Of a stretch of DNA of 64,000 nt, positions 22,801-36,616 are shown in pieces (the stretch's first letter is position 1; the number at the start of each line of letters is the position of its first letter). Source of the stretch: Amoebophrya sp. A120 (taxonomy: Eukaryota; Protista; Dinoflagellata); contig CAJINV010000013.1 in the NCBI GenBank assembly GCA_905178155.1, positions 52,344 to 116,343 on the forward strand. The letters run 5' to 3'. The notes beneath the pieces are model-generated. The model had not been told where the DNA came from. It was given only the letters and a program-made list of their open reading frames with translations, and made no database searches. The position numbers and the translations under genes were made by a program.

Positions 22801-25800
22801 CTGGCGGGAAAATCAGATGCTCGGTATCGAAGCCGACAAACTGCACGCGCACCTGTGCCGCGGAGACTTCCAGAACACGGCCGAGCCGTTCGGGGTTGAC
22901 CGTCTCCCATTCGCCTTTTTGGATGCTGAGGACCCGAAGTCCCGCTCTCTTGTCGCCGCGCCAATGCGCTGCAGGGTGCTTCATGATCACAAGGTCTCCA
23001 GTCTGCAACGCAACTACGGTCCTGGCTGTGCACGTATCACATGAACGCTGCTGCCACGTAGTGCACTCTGAGGACGGTCGACTTGCGAGACATTGGCACC
23101 ACGGCGCTCGCTCACCATCGCGTGCATCATCATCAGGGGAAAAGGGTGTATTGTTGTAAATGAACCGAAAATTGGAACTCCATTTTAGCAGCGCCGGTTC
23201 CTCCTGCAAACTGAAATGTTGAAGGCATCTACGCTCGCAAACGTCCATAGGAGGCGTGTCCTGCTTTTGCCTCACCTCGTCCTCCCGTGCAGAGGGGACG
23301 GAGTAGGTGATTGACCAACCTCCTTCCTTCGAAGTTTCCTCCAAGCACGCAGGGCTATGGGAATACGACACCCCAAATTCGTCTTGGGTCGTGAGAATAC
23401 CGGGCGCGTCCACGTTGAACGACGACACGAGTCCGCCCTTGGGTTGTTGACCTCCCGTGTTTGTACTACTGACGAATTTACTCTGCGAAGATGCTGGTGC
23501 CGGGCTTGGAGCGTTCCTTGTAGGGAAGAGCGCCGGGGAGAGCGACAAAAACCAATGGTAGACCACAAACTTCTCCTGGCTGGAGTTCTCCTGGAACTCC
23601 CGAATCAGATCGCGACTACTTGGCGTTGTAAAGCCAGCCAAGTCGTTCGCATCGTGGGAGAAGCTCGTTGTGCGGATCTCAAGCGTGCCAACACCCGACA
23701 GGTCTACAGGAACTTGGTTTCGTTTCTTTCGGAAGCAGAAGGGCGCACTTTTACGCTTCTTGCTGTCGGTCGGCCATGGGGCGGTTTGCGCCTTCCAAGC
23801 AACGACGAAAAATTCCCGGCGCTCAATTTCTTGCAGGGCGTCCTCGAGCGGCTGGCTGAGTTCTGCACCTTGCGGAAACCGGCGTTTGCTGGGATCGAAC
23901 CTACGGAAGTGGGCGTGATGCGGCCGCAGTGGAATCCCCAGCACGTAGCTGCGAAGGACTTCCAAAAATGTTGTCCGACTCGTGTACCATTCACGCGCAT
24001 AGAACAAGGAGTCTTCGTCCGCAAATACATCTGTAGGAAGTCGCAGTCCGTTGACCTCGACCTCGACCGGAACGATTCGTGGTGTGGTCACTTCAAGCTG
24101 ATCGTCTGCCAGAACGTAGCGCGGATGCCAAACTCCGGTCTCGTCCTGACCAGCTACGGCCTGCTGCGAGACGAACGGCATAAAAAATCGGCGCCTCTCA
24201 AGCACGACTCCTGCCCCGTCTTTCCATGTCCAGGTCAGCTCATTTGCCCGCCAGAATCCACCCAGGAGAGAGGACCCCTGCGGGCCCTTTCCGCGCATTG
24301 GTAACTTCCAAAAGGTTGGTGCCACGCTAAAAGTATCGCTGCAGGGGAAGATATCCTCGCGGTCCTGTTGGGCTGACCTCATGGCCATCTCTCGCAGTTG
24401 CCTCGCGAAGTCGGCTTCCGTTGCTTTCGTGCGTTCCGGCATTATACGTTCCAGTTCGGAATGCAGGAAGTTCCTGTCTTCTTCGGATAAGTTGGGATCG
24501 TGTTTCAGGCGCGAAGCTGCAAGCCTGCCCTTCGCCCGCTCTTTAAGGCGGATTCCGAAGCCAAGGTCAAGAAACCGAGATCGCATGGCGTCTCTAAGTT
24601 TGGAGGCAGCGATGGGAGTAGATGCGTTGCGATGCCGATCCATGATGGGCGCCAGAACGGATTGCGATGGTAAGACGCCTATTCGGATGAAAGTTGTCCC
24701 CCAGTATCCTCGAGCCTGCTCCCCGCAAAAAAAGAATTTCGATCGATTCTAGCGAGCATCTTCCATATTTACGACATGTAAATAAATTCCAATGTTCATC
24801 TGCTCTTGTTCACAAATGCTTCTGCTCGTAACGCGAAAACGCGCCAGTCAGTTGAAATGTCTTGTAGAGCTGCAAACGGACGACCTGTACGAAAGGACGG
24901 TCGGCATGGGAAGGAGATATTGATAGGGACAAGTTGCAGCTCCATAACGACATCGACCGCTAGGCGTCTGCGATTTTTGGCGAGCAGGACCTCAAGATCT
25001 ATTATTGTCGTGGAATCTGTGTGGAAAGGAAAAAGCCCACCTCGGTGCTAGCTCGCGCGTACGGCTCACGTAAAGAATATAAGTACAACACGACTGGTTT
25101 TTGTACTTCGACAAAAAATCAGCGACACAATATGTCGCAGTCACAGTATCTGCCGGAACTAGAGCATCGCAGTGTCTTTGTCGGCTTTTTCATAAGGAAA
25201 TGTATCATAAACTTGCTCGTGCTCCAACCGCAGGCTCACGCATTAGAAGCTTACAAAGCGTCGAGTGTCAAAATGGGTTTTCACATCATAATTTGGTGAA
25301 AGGAGGTAATACTGCTCATGACCTAGCCGCAAAACCGAACTGGTTTCGTGGGAAGACACCTCCGCGATGCCCTTGCTTTTCGAAAGGATGCGAATCTCGA
25401 AGTTGAACGCACCCAACTCATCCAGGAAGTCACTCAAATTTTGCATGACTTGCGGTGAATTGCGCACGGCCTCATCCTCAGCGACCGCAGCTCGAATGTC
25501 TCCGACCACATGTTCCACAAGAATCTTCGCGAGTGCTGATCCGGTCCAGATTCCGGGTTCCAGCTTTGCTGTCACGACGGGTCCCCGGGTTCCAAGGCGA
25601 AAACGGGCAAAGGAGGCCGAACTAATTTCGATATAAATAAACGCATCGGTGGTCTTATCCAGCATGTACTGTGCTACGGCTTTTGCAAAAAGTGGCAAGA
25701 ATCATGAGGAAAGAACTTGGGCGCCCAGCATCAAACGCATCTTCGTACCTTTTTATATATACGCTAAAATCTGCTATACACCTATGAAATCTACTAATGA

Positions 25801-27997
25801 CTGTTTGCTAGTACGAGACGACGCCAGGACACGGAAGGTCGTGGACAGTCTCTTTATGCAGAACAGGTGTAGTTGAAGCGTTGATATACAACTGGAGCGT
25901 GATACTCATGCGCACAGTGGGTTACCTCACGATAAAAAGACAGAATCGGAGGTTGGCATTGATGTGGTCGGAAGCTCGTTGGCCGGATTGCTCAAAATGA
26001 CAACGGGATTCGAAGCGCTACCATCGATTTGTCCGCGAACATGCTGCTCTGCCTGTTCGCAAGCTTCATCAAAAAGCTGCGTTAACGCAAGTTCCTTCAT
26101 CACCGTCGTTGCGTATTCACTTTGAAGGTCGGAAAACACATCATGCGCAAGGAACTCACTTGGTGAGTAAGTCGGAGAGAACAGACCCAATGCGCGGCCC
26201 GCGGCCTCAGTGTCCTCCAAGCGCATACCAGCTACGGCCTCAGGAAGATATACATCCGCGTTTTTCTCTGGAGAGCAACGGACCCGGCAATTGCCTTCGT
26301 TTTTCGAGTCACCATGGACAATCCTAGCTGCTCGGCTCCGGCTCAGTGGCAATATTATTTCCGCCGGCAAAACCAGTAGACGCTCGTGAAATTCCGTAGT
26401 ATATCGAACTGAAAGTTTCTTCAACCAGATGGAATTTTGCTGTTGATATCGGTTTCGTACTGCAGAAAACCAACAAATCAAGATCAAGAATCTAGGAGCG
26501 GAACGGGTTCGCTTCTCGAGGATTGGCAGCTATCTTGAGTCCCACAGGAAACAGTGACAAACGAGTACTTACAGTTGCTCTCTATTACCAAGTGGCATTT
26601 TGCAAGCCTCACAAAGTCAAGGTGATGCATTTCGCAAGAGCGCGTGCGAGAGGGGACTCGAAACGGCCCCCGGGGCCAGACTGTAGAAGTACATAGGGTG
26701 TCTGAAAGCTAGGGCAGGCTGTCGATCCTGTGTTACATAGTTTCTTTGCAAAGACAAAATATCAAACATCAGTAGCGGGTTGAGGACGAAGATTCTGATG
26801 AATATGTTGAATCCTGCTTTGGCTGTTGCAGAAATGGTTCCAAATGGATCCACACGCTCCTTCGTGGGCGTAGTCAGAGTACAGTCGTAGTACCCGATCG
26901 GGGACCTGAACGCGTTCTGATTACGGCACACAAAATCTTCTTCTTCGGCAGTGGCTTGTTTTTCGTACGCCTGCAAATGCGGTTTGGTTTGCATCATCTT
27001 GAGGTGAAAAATAGTGGTCTTGGGATCTTGACGCAATTCGCAGACATGTGGATGCTGAGCGTGAAAGTAAGACCCGGTGCGCTTGTCTTGGAAGTACCAG
27101 CCACTGCATCTCGACCTCGTCCACCTCTGTCGCCTTTCCGGGTCCAAATTTTGGTTGGAGTAGAGTACAGACAATTGTGCGTGTTTCGGTCGATGTCGCT
27201 CTCCCCCCGCTAGCTCCAGCAACCAGTCGGCCGCAGGAGAGACAAGCCCTTCGCCGGTACGCGCGTCGCGCTGCAACGTCGAAACGAAAACTTCTCTCGA
27301 TTGTACCAATCTCGGAGTCAGTGTCTGTTTCTTTTCGGAAATTGGGACAGATCAGTCTGTTTCAGACAAAAACGTGCAGAGTTTACTCTCATTTTTGCGC
27401 GGCAGCTACAAAGCTCAGATCGGTCTGTAATGCACAAGGAAGATGAATGCAAAAAGGCTGCAAAAACATGTCAATGCGCTGCAAAAAACTGGTCAAGAGT
27501 GACACAGTCGGCCTGCGTTTTCCCGAGCTTGAAGCATCATTTTTCGAGTCAATCGATCACTTTTGGAAGATAAAACGCCTGTCATAATGTTGGAGATGCA
27601 CCTGCAAAACCGAGCCTGATTTGAGGAAGTCGAAATAATGTATTTCCATATCTCGTTGCTGCTTTCTGTGCTCATCGGCCATATCGCGCAGCAGGTCCAG
27701 GAGTTCGTCAGCCAGGCACAGGAAAACTGCATGGTATCCGATCACGCGCAGCCGCCCGTTAGCAACGCAGCGACTGACCCCGTCGTTCCAAACTTGTGTC
27801 ATTTTTCTCCGTGCATCCTGAAAAATCCCTCCGTCGGAATCCTGCTCGACAAAACCAAGATTTGTTGAGGACATGCTCAAAGACGAACTTCCAGCTGCTG
27901 TATTTGCTTCTGGATTCCTGATAATCATGGCCGAGCTCCCCGTGGAGCCGCAGAATGCGACTCGCACAAAAACACCCACAAGCGCCCGTCGCAACAT
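16883..27997 (-). CDS. Large multi-exon hypothetical protein, probably secreted or surface-located
   Basis: Chain of minus-strand ORFs (27557, 26617, 25927, 25243, 21293, 20449, 18631, 17860, 16883). Several junctions are joinable by GT-AG introns (e.g. CAG|GTGCAT at ~27600, TG|GTAGGT at ~20452, TTC|GTAAGA at ~20250). Hydrophobic start MLRRALVGVFVRVAFCG. Could be more than one gene. Confidence 0.55.
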
Positions 27998-29939
27998 TGC
28001 GCAATCGCGGCGCTGCAGTCGATCACACCGATAAACTACACTGGCACTAAGTGAGTGCACGACTTCTCCAACTGACGGGGTTACTAGAGGAAGCTTCTAC
28101 TGCATATGTTTACTCCGCTCCAGCGTCGACATCGTCGTCGACCTCTTCTATTGTGGAAGCATGCTTTTTCCCTTTATACCACTTTTCATACATCTGCGCG
28201 CTTCCTACTTTCCTCTCTACCGCCTTGCAGTTGCAGTAATGTGCCTCATCCTTATCATCGCCTTGTAGCTAGATCCGGAAAGCCTCACACCTCCGACATA
28301 TGCTGCCCATGCGATTAGTCCTGGTTCGGTATTCCGCATTCCTCGGGGTGATCACGATGCTGCTGCGCGTGTCGCTCCCAGAATGAAATTTGCCCCGGCT
28401 TTCGTCCCCACTGTACTGCTGTGTTAGTATGTGTGATTCATCATCCCAACAGCGACCGAGCTGAGGCCTGGAGGAGTTGGGCGATCATCTACCAGACCAG
28501 GTTCTAACGCTTCCTCAAAAAAGGAAGTACGTGTAAAAGTATTTGACAAAAAGAAGCCACCCGTGTGCAATTCCATAGCACGCGGAGGCTCGAAAAGCCA
28601 ACCTTAATGATAGGTCAGCTTCTTTCACTTCATAGATAGAAATCGTGATGAAGAAGGAAATAAGTATTTACTAATTCGACAGGCCCGGGGGTACTTAGAA
28701 ATGGAATGTTTGCTGAGGAGCGGGGTTTTTCTTCGCAAAGAAGCTCCAATAATGTAGTCGAGTGTACACAGCCGCCTGTCGTTTGCAACATCGAATTTAG
28801 AGGAAGCATTTTTCTTGTCGCACCAACATCGCAGCCAGGTTCTCGATGCAAAATCCTCTGCCGTCTGGTTTCCTGCTTAGCTTTGATCTCAAATCTGTAA
28901 GATCCCATGGGGCCAAACGATCCACAATTGAGTCGCTTTTGTACTTGTCCCGCATTTGCATCTGAAAAAAGGAGGATCATTGATCGCGGCCGCTTCTAAT
29001 GTTGCTTGAGCTTCTTCTTCGTCTTCACTTACTATTTTCAACTAGGCAGTGCCTTTCGTCCGACATCTTCAGCTGCTTCCGAGGAATGTCCGAATAATTC
29101 CGTTTAGTCATCACTCAATGCAATCATTTTTTGGAAACATTAATTAGGAGAAGACGCGCGTGCGCGGGGTAGAAGGAGTTTCCTAACTAGACACGCTCGG
29201 TCAACAGAACTGTACCGAACTACGACATCCATTCACGACCGGATACGACAGAATACATGAGTTCGAAGTGTAGTGATGCGTCTCTGGACGTCGAATGCAG
29301 ACCTTTGTGGTCGGTGGGACACAACAAAAAGAGAGATTCAGATTCACGAAAAGCAATTGACAGGATTCCGAAAAAAACGACAGTCGAAAACTTCTCTCGT
29401 TGAGGGCGGCTCTGCCCACTAGGACTATGGAAAAATATCACACGATAGAAAATTAAGAAACGACGAAGAAAGTTCAAATTAATAAACGAGGAAGATCGAT
29501 GAAGATAGTTGCATCTTCTGATCTGAGGCAACTGAATAGCATCTCCCCTTTGAAGAACATGTATATGTATGGAATTCATAGCACGGCAGAAGCTGCATCG
29601 TACCTATAAATATATAAAGATCTTGTTATCGGGATCGGCACCGCCGATGATCTTCAATCTTCTATGCAGATTTTTCGTTTTTGCGCGACTACCTTGTCCA
29701 CCACAACCTCTCAAAATTTGTTCCATCCTCAATCAGTAGAGGAGGCGTTTTTGGCATTGATGAGAGTGCAGCTCGAATAGATGAGAAACTGCCACACTGG
29801 CGCCACAAAATCGGGAAATGCTTTGAATTTGCGATCTGTCATCCTGCACTTCGTTTGGGTGGGGGTACGTCTCAGTCTTCGAACGCGCGGATCGAGCACT
29901 TTTGTTCGTTGTCCTTGGGAACCCGACAAACAGGTGCGC

Positions 29940-30500
29940 AAGGAGCTCAAGAACCACGAATTCACCATCCGGCGCGTGAAGGGGGTTGGACGACTAAGTC
30001 AGATTTATTTACATATCGTACATTATTCTGGCAAAGCCAATAGAAGAAAATTTACGGATTGAGGGTACACCTTCTGGACTCGCAGTTCAACATCTCGCAA
30101 AAAATGATATCTTCATCTTCGATGTGCGTAGTTCACGATCCCAAAGTCAAGCTGTGGCTATAGGCCTCTCACATTTTCCACGGACTGCTATTACTATGCT
30201 GAATGGCTGGGGGTCAGAATAAACAGTTTACCCGACCAAATTCGAGAATTTTCCACGTCTGGCTGGCGCTTTCTCTCGCAAGGAGCGGCTGGACAAGAAG
30301 CCAGTTGCAGGAGTGGCAGTTCCGTTTTTGCTGTACATTTTCACTGGAAACGAAGCAGGATCAACCCAAATGCGCTATGAAGTGGAGTACTGTTATTTGT
30401 CATCTCTACAATGGTATAAAGTACGTCAGAGAGTAACAAAAGGTCCAAAAGTTTTCCGAACCCTAGTCCTGGTTTACCGTTGCTTGCTTACACACTCAGA
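29940..30500. repeat. Segmental repeat shared with 46323-46890 and partly with 35118-35235 and 52540-52750; carries a degenerate plus-strand reading frame
   Basis: ggagctcaagaaccacgaattcacc...cgatcccaaagtcaagctgtggctatagg recurs; peptide KELKNHEFT.RRVKG...VVHDPKVKLWL. Confidence 0.85.
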
Positions 30501-30531
30501 GCTTGATTACCCGATCGCGGCTCACTGTACA

Positions 30532-33500
30532 TCAGAGGCACGTCATCGCGACTGGCACTGCAAAGCGCCAATGCTTGTCCATCAAATTCACATGCCCCCA
30601 CTTCTCGCGCTGAAGCTTCAGAACCTCCGGGTGGCACTGCATTTCCTTTGATGCAAAGGCGATGGCGTAGGGATACCGGGCAACGGCGAGGAGAACGTAC
30701 TCTTTGACACCGCGCTGCTCTGCTCTCTCCAACGACCACAACCCAGTTGGAAAGGGGCTTTTTTTGAGCGCCCAACAAATAATTTCGTGATCCATCATAA
30801 GTTCCGCAGGCAATCTTTCAATCTGGCCAAAGAGGGTGCCACAGTTTTGAAGTGCAACAAAGACAAGAGCGCGCTCCCAATTGCACAACTCGAGAGCCTC
30901 GTACAGACTAGTGGCACAGCTCAACCCGTTGCGAATTGCAAGTCGTGCAAGATCTCTCTGGCTGTCGATGGGCGCTACTTCCCCGAAGTGGTTGAAGTTG
31001 ACTTGGCTGTACGCATTTCCGTCACGTCATGGCATGCAAAAATAACGGGCTCTCATAATTTTGAAAGGCTGTGGCACTTCTCGCTGAGTTTATTGTAGTT
31101 TACAAAAAGGACAACTGCATCGATACAGCTTTGAGAGATCTACTCTAGCGTCTGCAATACTTGTATTTTTCAATCATGCATGCATCCTGTCCAGACAATG
31201 CGCGATCTTGAGACGTACAAAAACAACTGAGCACCGATATTTTTTGAACTCCGCGGGATACTTTTGACACAGCAAGAAAAGCGATTTCAGGAGTACCACG
31301 CAGATATCGGGATGCGTGGCGAAGGGAGCGTCCATTTCTGCAAATCGCAGCGCGCACAATACCTTCATCGCGGCGTAGACGCTTGTGCAGGAGTTCGAGT
31401 GTCCAGGGGGAGAAAATATTTTCCATTTCATGAGAAACGGCCACGAAACCTACCTCGCGATCAGATTTGATGCGGCTTCCGAAGTGCTTGATCGCTTCCC
31501 CGTTTGCGCGAACCGCTTGAAGTGCTATTTCTCGATCCCGCCTGAAGTCTCGGGGCATCCACCGAAGCGCAGTCGGATACCGCTGAGCAAATTGCGTCGA
31601 CAACTCTACGTCATGTCCGTAGAAAGCTGCCTTTGCTTTCTCGTCCGCGTGGGAGAGGATGATTGTAGCTTCTAGGGAGGACATTGGTATATTCTCATCG
31701 AAAAGCACTGCTCGCAGGAAGGATACGTCGGCTCGTAGATGTTCGCTGGCAAACCGCATTGGACACGCATCCGTAAGCTCTCTGCGCTCGTCATATCTGT
31801 CAATCAAGGTGCTGCCTCCAACGTCAGCAGGTTCTTCCACCAGAATATCCCCCTTGCAAAATTTTCGAACGGCGTGAGTAGCAAAGCGACCGCAACTTCG
31901 GATTCTGGAGCTCGCAAATTTGAAGCACGAAGGACTCGCTTCAAGACAAAGAGTCACAAATTCTTCGTCGTCTCGTAGCTCTCGGCTAACACTGGACAAG
32001 ATTTCTAGTCCGAGCTCTTGAGGCGGCTGAGCACCGTGAGTGCGGGCGAGGTCCCCATCCGGAAGATTCGCGTGCATTTCGTTTCCGTTTTGCAAATCAA
32101 GAACCTGTGCAGGCTCGTCCTGACTTGCAAAATGGTCTTCGTAGTGAGGCGGGTCCGCCTCGCGATGTGAGTGATGGTGTTCACGACACCAGGAGTCACA
32201 ATGATGCTCAACAAGCCCACGAAAATCCACATGCTTTAGATTCCGTCCGTCCCACTCGGGAAACCAGTGCCACGGCCCGCGGTGACACGTGATAACGCTG
32301 TAGTGCAGATTCTCGCAGAAAAATTTCTGCCCGTAGATGTCATCAAGGGCGGCGCGCTTCTCCTCATTCTTTCTGTAGACGTCGAGTGCTGTGCAGAGAA
32401 GCTCGCGATTGGTTCGGCGCAGCTCATGCGCCAAATACCTCACTGCGTATGGATTATTACGAACGGCAAGAAGTGCGATCTCGTAATTCGCCCGAGCCTC
32501 TCTGCAGGCGAACTTGATTGCTAGCCCGTTGGTCTGCACCGCTAGCCTCACCAACCATTCGCTAGCTCGTAATCGGTGTGACGCGTACTTCAGAGCAGGA
32601 AGGCCGTCTATTTTAGCCACGCAGGCCATGGTGTCGATGTCGTCCCAAAGGCCCTCGGAGGCATACTGAATCGCCCAAGGCTTATGCCGAACGCAAGTTC
32701 GGACCAATTCAGGACTTGCTTTTGAGTCGGCTGCGAAGTACTTTAAGGCCCACCCGCACTGACGCGCCGCGTCGGAAACAGTCTGAGCATCGGCCATTTC
32801 CCGAACCCGTTCTGAGGCATACTGCAACGCTCGCCAGTCGCAGGAAACCGCCGTGCGCACAACCTCCACGTCATCGCGAAGTGCAGAGCACAAATGCTTC
32901 AACGCAAGTCCATTGGCTTTGCATGCAACAAGTGCACGCTTCTTGCTTGAGGCAAAGAGGCGCGCAAAATCCCACGGCAGGGACAGCGGATTCAGTGACG
33001 GGGCGAGAAACATCGGCATGGCAGTTGTTAGAAATTTCGCCAAAAATGATTCGTTCTTGCGGTACTCGGGATACCTTCGCTGTACAACCGCAACAAGGTA
33101 GTACGGTCGTCCACCTCTTGTCGGGTCGCTGACATTGGCCTCCTCGGAATCCGCTTGCAATTGTTCGCGCTCCTGTTCGTGCTTCGGCCCTTGGTCGCGA
33201 TCCTCGACCAAAAAAGCTGCCTGCTCAGGAACGTATCCACCACAGTTGATGCTATCGTCAAAAGAACATTTGACTTCCTGCTCTACATGCTCAGACACCC
33301 ACTCTAGGGCTTCTGAAGCGCGTTTGTCAAAAATGACAGACAGCATTGCGACCTCTTCTGGAATTGGTAGTAGTGGATCATAGAAAAAGTCAAGCTTTGA
33401 TGAGTCATCTGCAGCGTCCTCAGCGGCCAACTGCTTGTGATCGTCGTCGGCTTGCTCGACAACATGAGAAGACGATGTGCCGGCTTCGCTTTTTTTCTGG

Positions 33501-33973
33501 TTCTTTTCGTAATGCCAAAAGTACGAGTAGTCGTCGGCGGCGTAGCCGGTGGCTGCTTCGACTTTCTCCATTATGTTTCGCAGCAACAGCCTCGAGTCAG
33601 GAGCTAGCGAGGTGGCGTCGATCTCTTTCGCTGCAATTCTTTCGGATGCATTCCGTTCCTTGATAGAATTTTTCTGTTTCGAAAGGCTCGAAGGGAAACC
33701 TCCATGCTTTGCAACATCGGACGTGCTGACTGCGCTATCCAGGCCGTGCGGATCATTTACTGCTTTGGATGGGCGTTTGATTCGGCAGACTGGATCGCCA
33801 GCAAGGTTGAAAACTGTGACGCAGCGATCGACATCGCCATCTTGCCGGGGATGCAGAACCTCAACTGATTCCTGGCGTCCCACGCCGCGCGGTGCGTTGT
33901 GCAGCTCGTTTTCGGTAGCGGACTCGTCCCTGACGCGGAGGTCTACACAAGCAGAAAAAGGTGCAGCGGTCAT
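30532..33973 (-). CDS. Ubl + DUF4116-repeat protein, type I (copy E); exons 31262-33973 and 30532-31023
   Basis: Repeats such as AVSCDWRALQYASERVR and AVQTNGLAIKFA. N-terminal VTVFNLAG...LRNIMEKVEAATG...LSVIF is ubiquitin-like. Junction AVSK|DGNAY restores the repeat. Confidence 0.85.
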
Positions 33974-34069
33974 TTTGCAAAAGGCGCAATACTCAATACT
34001 CGCTGTTGCAGTTCATAGCACCAATCCATATCACCGACAATAGTGTGTGGATACCTACAAATCTATAAG

Positions 34070-35235
34070 TATTTGCCAGTATCATCAACATGTCCAGCAG
34101 CGAAACTGGTAAGGTTAAGGCGCTCTTCTTGTGGTTCTACGGAGCAAGGTCTTCCATTAAGCTCGCTGTTGCATTATATCTTTGATAAGATGCGCACTTT
34201 TTTTTCTCACCCCACATAGCACGAGAAAGAGCAACGGAAAAATAATATGCTGAGTCTAAACACGCAAGCTGTCCTGCGCCTTTCGGATTGACGTATCGGG
34301 CAGTCGGTTGAAGAACAAAGATATAAGAAAAATATTCTATCTGCCATCCTAAACTCATGAGGATCGGAGAAAGATCAAAGACAAGCACCCCAAGAAGACT
34401 TTTTGAGGCCACACTATAATATTGCGTGGTGCACTTCCATAAATGTGAGAGTGAGTCATGAAGATGACGGAACCAGGCAGGTGGAAAAGCGGCGGGACGT
34501 GAAATGCCATGGAATGATTGCAGAAATTTCAAGTGTGTTTTTTCATATCCACCGAATTCCGTCCACAAGGCGAAAATAATTATATCGCTGCAAGCAGCAG
34601 AAGAGGTAGAGATCTTCCTTGTGATCATGAACTACCAGAAACAGCTACAGCAGCGATGCGCCTGCAACGAAACGCCGACCGTGTGAGCCTGCGGCAACTG
34701 ATCACGCGATCAACGTGCCTGCTCCCGTGACTCAGTACTTAGTCGCTGACAGCACTTGCGTTGCAAGTGTGTCTTGTTCGTTGTGCAACTTCGGGGAGTG
34801 CTTTGATTATCTGGAGCTGCCTATAATTGACATCACAAAAATTGATGATCCTGATCTCGGCGCGGACAGATCCATCTTGCGCCGTCGTGGCTACCCAAGT
34901 TAGTATTTGCTATTTTTCGCGGAGGGAGCTTTCCTTTATTCCGTGTCCGATGGATCTCGGATGATGCGAAGCAATTGCATATGACAGCGGAGCCAGTTAA
35001 GGATCTTCGGAGGAGCACCGGATCAGCTTCAGAAGAGATCATCTCCTACACCTGTGACGCCTGAACACTGTGAAACGCTGCTGCTCGATGTCCTTGAGCA
35101 TACGACAACAAGGCATCAAAGGAGCTCAAGAGCTATGAATTCACCAACCGGCGCGTGAAGGGGATTGCACTATTTATTCAGATTTCTTTCCATATTCAGA
35201 GCCAATGGAAGAGAGTTTCCGGATTCAGGGCATAC
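34070..35235. repeat. Segmental duplicate of 45264-46435 (upstream block of DUF4116 genes)
   Basis: Near-identical sequence; the shadow ORFs 34137..34628 and 45328..45768 are nearly identical. Confidence 0.9.
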
Positions 35236-36616
35236 CCCCACGAGCTGCTCCTGCGCTATCAAAAGCGATTACTTGATGAGCCGTCTACTCCTGTGCGTAG
35301 CAATAACGTTTAGTTTGGTGCTCCACTGCTGAGCACGCCTATAGGCAGCTCTACCTTCTGCAACCTGTTTTCTGTAGGGATCGTTTCGTTTGCAAGCTGC
35401 CTGCTGAGTCCTACAATGTGGATTTCTTGTTTCGAGGCGCAATTGGCGTTCCACGTTAGAACCGCTCGGCGACCACCTCACTAGTTACATATGAAGATCT
35501 AATCAAACAGAACTAAGTCTTCAAATTGTAGGGCCTTGAAATTTGACGCCATGCCCGGGCATGGTAAGAAAGAAAGAAAGTCTTCAAATCATGATTCAGA
35601 TGCAAGCTTCCTCTGTCCAAATTCAAGTACCCCGTAGTCACGATGAGCATGAACTGGAAAGCATTAGGTGCATTTACGAGGGAGTGACGGAGCAACTATA
35701 ATTATGCGGTATGATCAACTTTGGCTTTGCTACTTGCGCAGTTTGTATTTTTAGTCGAGAACTCGAAAGAAAAAGCTTACTCCAGAGAAATTGCCGATGG
35801 AGTTGTGTGACAATGGGAGAAAGTGCCTCATTTGCAGGTCTAGGTCCTGGCGAAACCAGCGCTGAGAACCCTTGAAGATTTATTGCTTTACATTCGTGCT
35901 CACGTAGGCAAGAGCTTTGCATGTGATCTTGTTTGTCGAAGAACTTTATTCCTTTCTCTGTTGAAGCGTACACCTGCAGGGAAGGGACGGATGAGCTAAT
36001 GCCTGGCGACTGAGTAGAGTTGACTGCAAAGTTGATCGCCTTGAAGATACTCCTGCAAAATGAAGGTGGAAAACAAATCGCACGCCTTCTTTCCTCAATT
36101 CGTTTCGTTTTCATCTTGTGTTCGTCAAATCAGGTTCAGGATTTTCCACGTTTAGAAATTCACCTTCTGATGGGTGTCCGCGCGCCTTATCATACAGAAT
36201 GCTGACCACGCGCCGGTCACCTTCAACTTCGCGCGACAGAAACCAGGCATCGGTAGTTGCTGAATTCTTCGAAAGTAGTTACTGAATTATGAACACGCTG
36301 CGCACGATAAATGTTCAGTCACGTCGTAGACGATTCCATGTTGCTGAATAAGTTCATCTCATCTGCTGGCTTCTCTCTTGAGAAAATCGATAAATCATCC
36401 ACGTCACGCATAGGGTCGAGAAGGCAGGTTGCACCCCTTTCGTCGCGCAGTTTTATAAATATGAACGCGCAGAAAAGGTCGCTCAAAAACGGTACTGCCA
36501 TTGCTATTCAATAACCAGGACGATCGTAGAATCCACAAATCTTACTTCTTTCCTCGAACGATTGATCAACTTATCTTTTCGGTGGGTAGTCGGAAGGAAC
36601 AAGGCTGAAGAAACTA

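Noticed and set aside
34137-34628. Conserved ORF pair (with 45328..45768) as a gene
   Set aside because: The similarity is explained by recent DNA duplication. The N-termini differ by frameshift and no motifs are recognisable.
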